From the IMG/VR virus record IMGVR_UViG_3300045557_000045, positions 1 through 31,122 of that record: a DNA stretch of 31,122 bases. One strand, given 5' to 3'. Both the position numbers and the translations under genes were made by a program. This document shows, one piece after another, positions 29,723-31,122 of this stretch. A model generated the notes under the pieces. It had not been told where the DNA came from, did not search any database, and saw only the letters and a program-made list of their open reading frames with translations. This stretch comes from a virus (lineage: Duplodnaviria > Caudoviricetes). The stretch's first letter is position 1; each line of letters opens with the position of its first letter.

Positions 29723-30447
29723 ATGACTACGAGCAAGATTGAGTGGACAGATTCAACATGGAATCCAATCACTGGGTGCACCAAGATATCTGACGGTTGT
29801 AAAAATTGCTATGCTGCAAGAATGGCAAAGCGTCTTCAGTTTATGGGTTCTGAACGTTATCGCAATGGATTCAAAGTAACAATACATAAAGATCTTTTTG
29901 AAGCGCCGCTTTCCTGGAAAAAACCTAGTACTATTTTTGTCAATTCAATGTCGGATCTCTTTCATGAGGATATTCCTGAAGAAACTATTCTTAAGCTTTT
30001 TCAGGTAATGAGGCAGGCATCACACCATACTTTTCAAATTCTTACTAAACGCGCTGAGCGTCTTGCACAATTAGCGAATAGAATTCCTTGGTCTCGAAAT
30101 ATTTGGATTGGTGTTACGGTTGAATCAGAGAAATACATTGAACGAATTGAAATGTTGAAAACTGTACCTGCAGAAATTCGATTCATTTCTTTTGAGCCTC
30201 TTCTAAGCACGATCGATGAAAGCCATTCTCTAATAGGGATTGATTGGGTCATCGTTGGCGGGGAATCAGGCCCATTTGCCGTCCTATGGATGCGGAATGG
30301 GTGAGAACAATCCAACGAATGGCAGAGAGGGATGGTGTCGATTTCTTCTTCAAACAATGGGGTGGTACAAATAAAAAGAAAGCCGGAAGGCTCCTTGATG
30401 GTAGAGAATGGAATGATATGCCTGCATTATTAAACTCTGCAATTTAA
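29723..30447 (+). CDS. Phage Gp37/Gp68 family (DUF5131) radical-SAM-like protein (one frameshift)
   Basis: SKIEWTDSTWNPITGCTKISDGCKNCYA, IFVNSMSDLFH, FQILTKR, ISFEPLL, WVIVGGESG, FFFKQWGG. Confidence 0.92.
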
Positions 30448-30506
30448 AATGTATATGCATTTCTTCTGTCATTTAATTGAAGAATCAAATCTTGCGGAAT
30501 TATGCT

Positions 30507-31122
30507 CTATAGATTCCAAAAACGTTCAAATAATGAATGTTGATCTGCAAGTTGCAAAAGCCGTTCTTCAAGATGAGGCCGATCGTAGAGTGCTGTCATT
30601 TCTTCCGATCTATGCCCGATCACTTCCCTTAGCACTTGGTCAGGCAGAAGCATCTTCATCTTCGTATTGTATGTGTACCTCATTGCATGCGGAGTAAGGC
30701 GGCGTCCAGCAATCGCAATTCCTGCTTGCTTTAGCCCAGCAGCCCATCGCCGCGCGAGAGTTTCCTTTCGGATCGGCCGACCACGATGAAGGAACATGAG
30801 TCCATCTTTCCTTTTAACTTTCTCGAGATAGAGGTTTAAGATTCTCACTGTCTTTTCACTTAGAATGACCGCTCGTTCTCTGGGATCATCCTCCTTCGAT
30901 TTCTTGAGTCCGACGAATTCGCCGCGGTTGTTAATGGCTCGATCGATGATGAGCCCATGGACCACCTCGCCTGAAGGTAGCTTGTGCTCGATCATTTGTT
31001 CGAAAGTGACCGCGCGCAGTTCTCCGGATCGCAGCCCGGCGGAAACTCCAAGACAGCACATTGCACCGAAGAGCACTCCGGTACCATAATCACGCCCATC
31101 CTGAAGCCGCCATATCTTTTCC
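30507..31122 (-). CDS. int: Tyrosine recombinase/integrase, C-terminal catalytic domain (5' end outside window)
   Basis: GLRSGELRA (Arg), K, HAMR (HxxR), IGH, MTALY (Tyr). Confidence 0.92.
   Translation of the reverse strand, partial: EKIWRLQDGRDYGTGVLFGAMCCLGVSAGLRSGELRAVTFEQMIEHKLPSGEVVHGLIIDRAINNRGEFVGLKKSKEDDPRERAVILSEKTVRILNLYLEKVKRKDGLMFLHRGRPIRKETLARRWAAGLKQAGIAIAGRRLTPHAMRYTYNTKMKMLLPDQVLREVIGHRSEEMTALYDRPHLEERLLQLADQHSLFERFWNL

Larger units (their letters stand above)
1..31122. mobile_element. Temperate HK97-like siphovirus prophage; both ends lie outside the window
   Basis: Canonical order lysis-tail-head-packaging-replication-cro/cI-accessory-integrase, with recognisable terL, portal, HK97 capsid, tape measure, S24 repressor and tyrosine integrase. 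Confidence 0.95.

Overview
The whole window is most of a temperate, HK97-like long-tailed (sipho-type) prophage. The host is probably a spirochaete, inferred from one gene that resembles a conserved Treponema-type protein. Reading right to left on the minus strand: a partial tyrosine integrase, then an early operon (cro-like gene, RusA, an initiator-like tRNA-CAT, a HExxH protein, a DUF736/SSB-like protein, a replication initiator and a DUF2292-like small protein). The late operon follows with HNH, terS/terL, portal, ClpP-type prohead protease, major capsid, neck, tail tube, G/GT chaperone with a -1 frameshift, tape measure, one very large hub/fibre protein, a fibre chaperone and lysis genes. 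On the plus strand lie a cI-like repressor and an AT-rich accessory cassette: exported protein, DNA methyltransferase, TcmP-like protein and Gp37Gp68/DUF5131 protein. Nearly every long gene is broken by single-base indels, most likely long-read errors, so many CDS coordinates are reconstructed across frames. The most unusual signals are: (1) a structured late-operon leader RNA with two copies of one hairpin motif and an alternative pairing next to the first RBS, with a DUF2292-like protein where a late activator would normally be; (2) two fully overlapping reading frames after the holin that share one Shine-Dalgarno and lack a lipobox (non-canonical spanin pair?); (3) the MTase-TcmP-DUF5131 cassette; (4) an antisense gene with its own promoter inside the early operon; (5) apparently leaderless cro/cI/MTase transcripts alongside a phage fMet-like tRNA; (6) a DUF5678-retropepsin moron lacking the catalytic segment. 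All family assignments come from motif recognition by eye; no database search was run.
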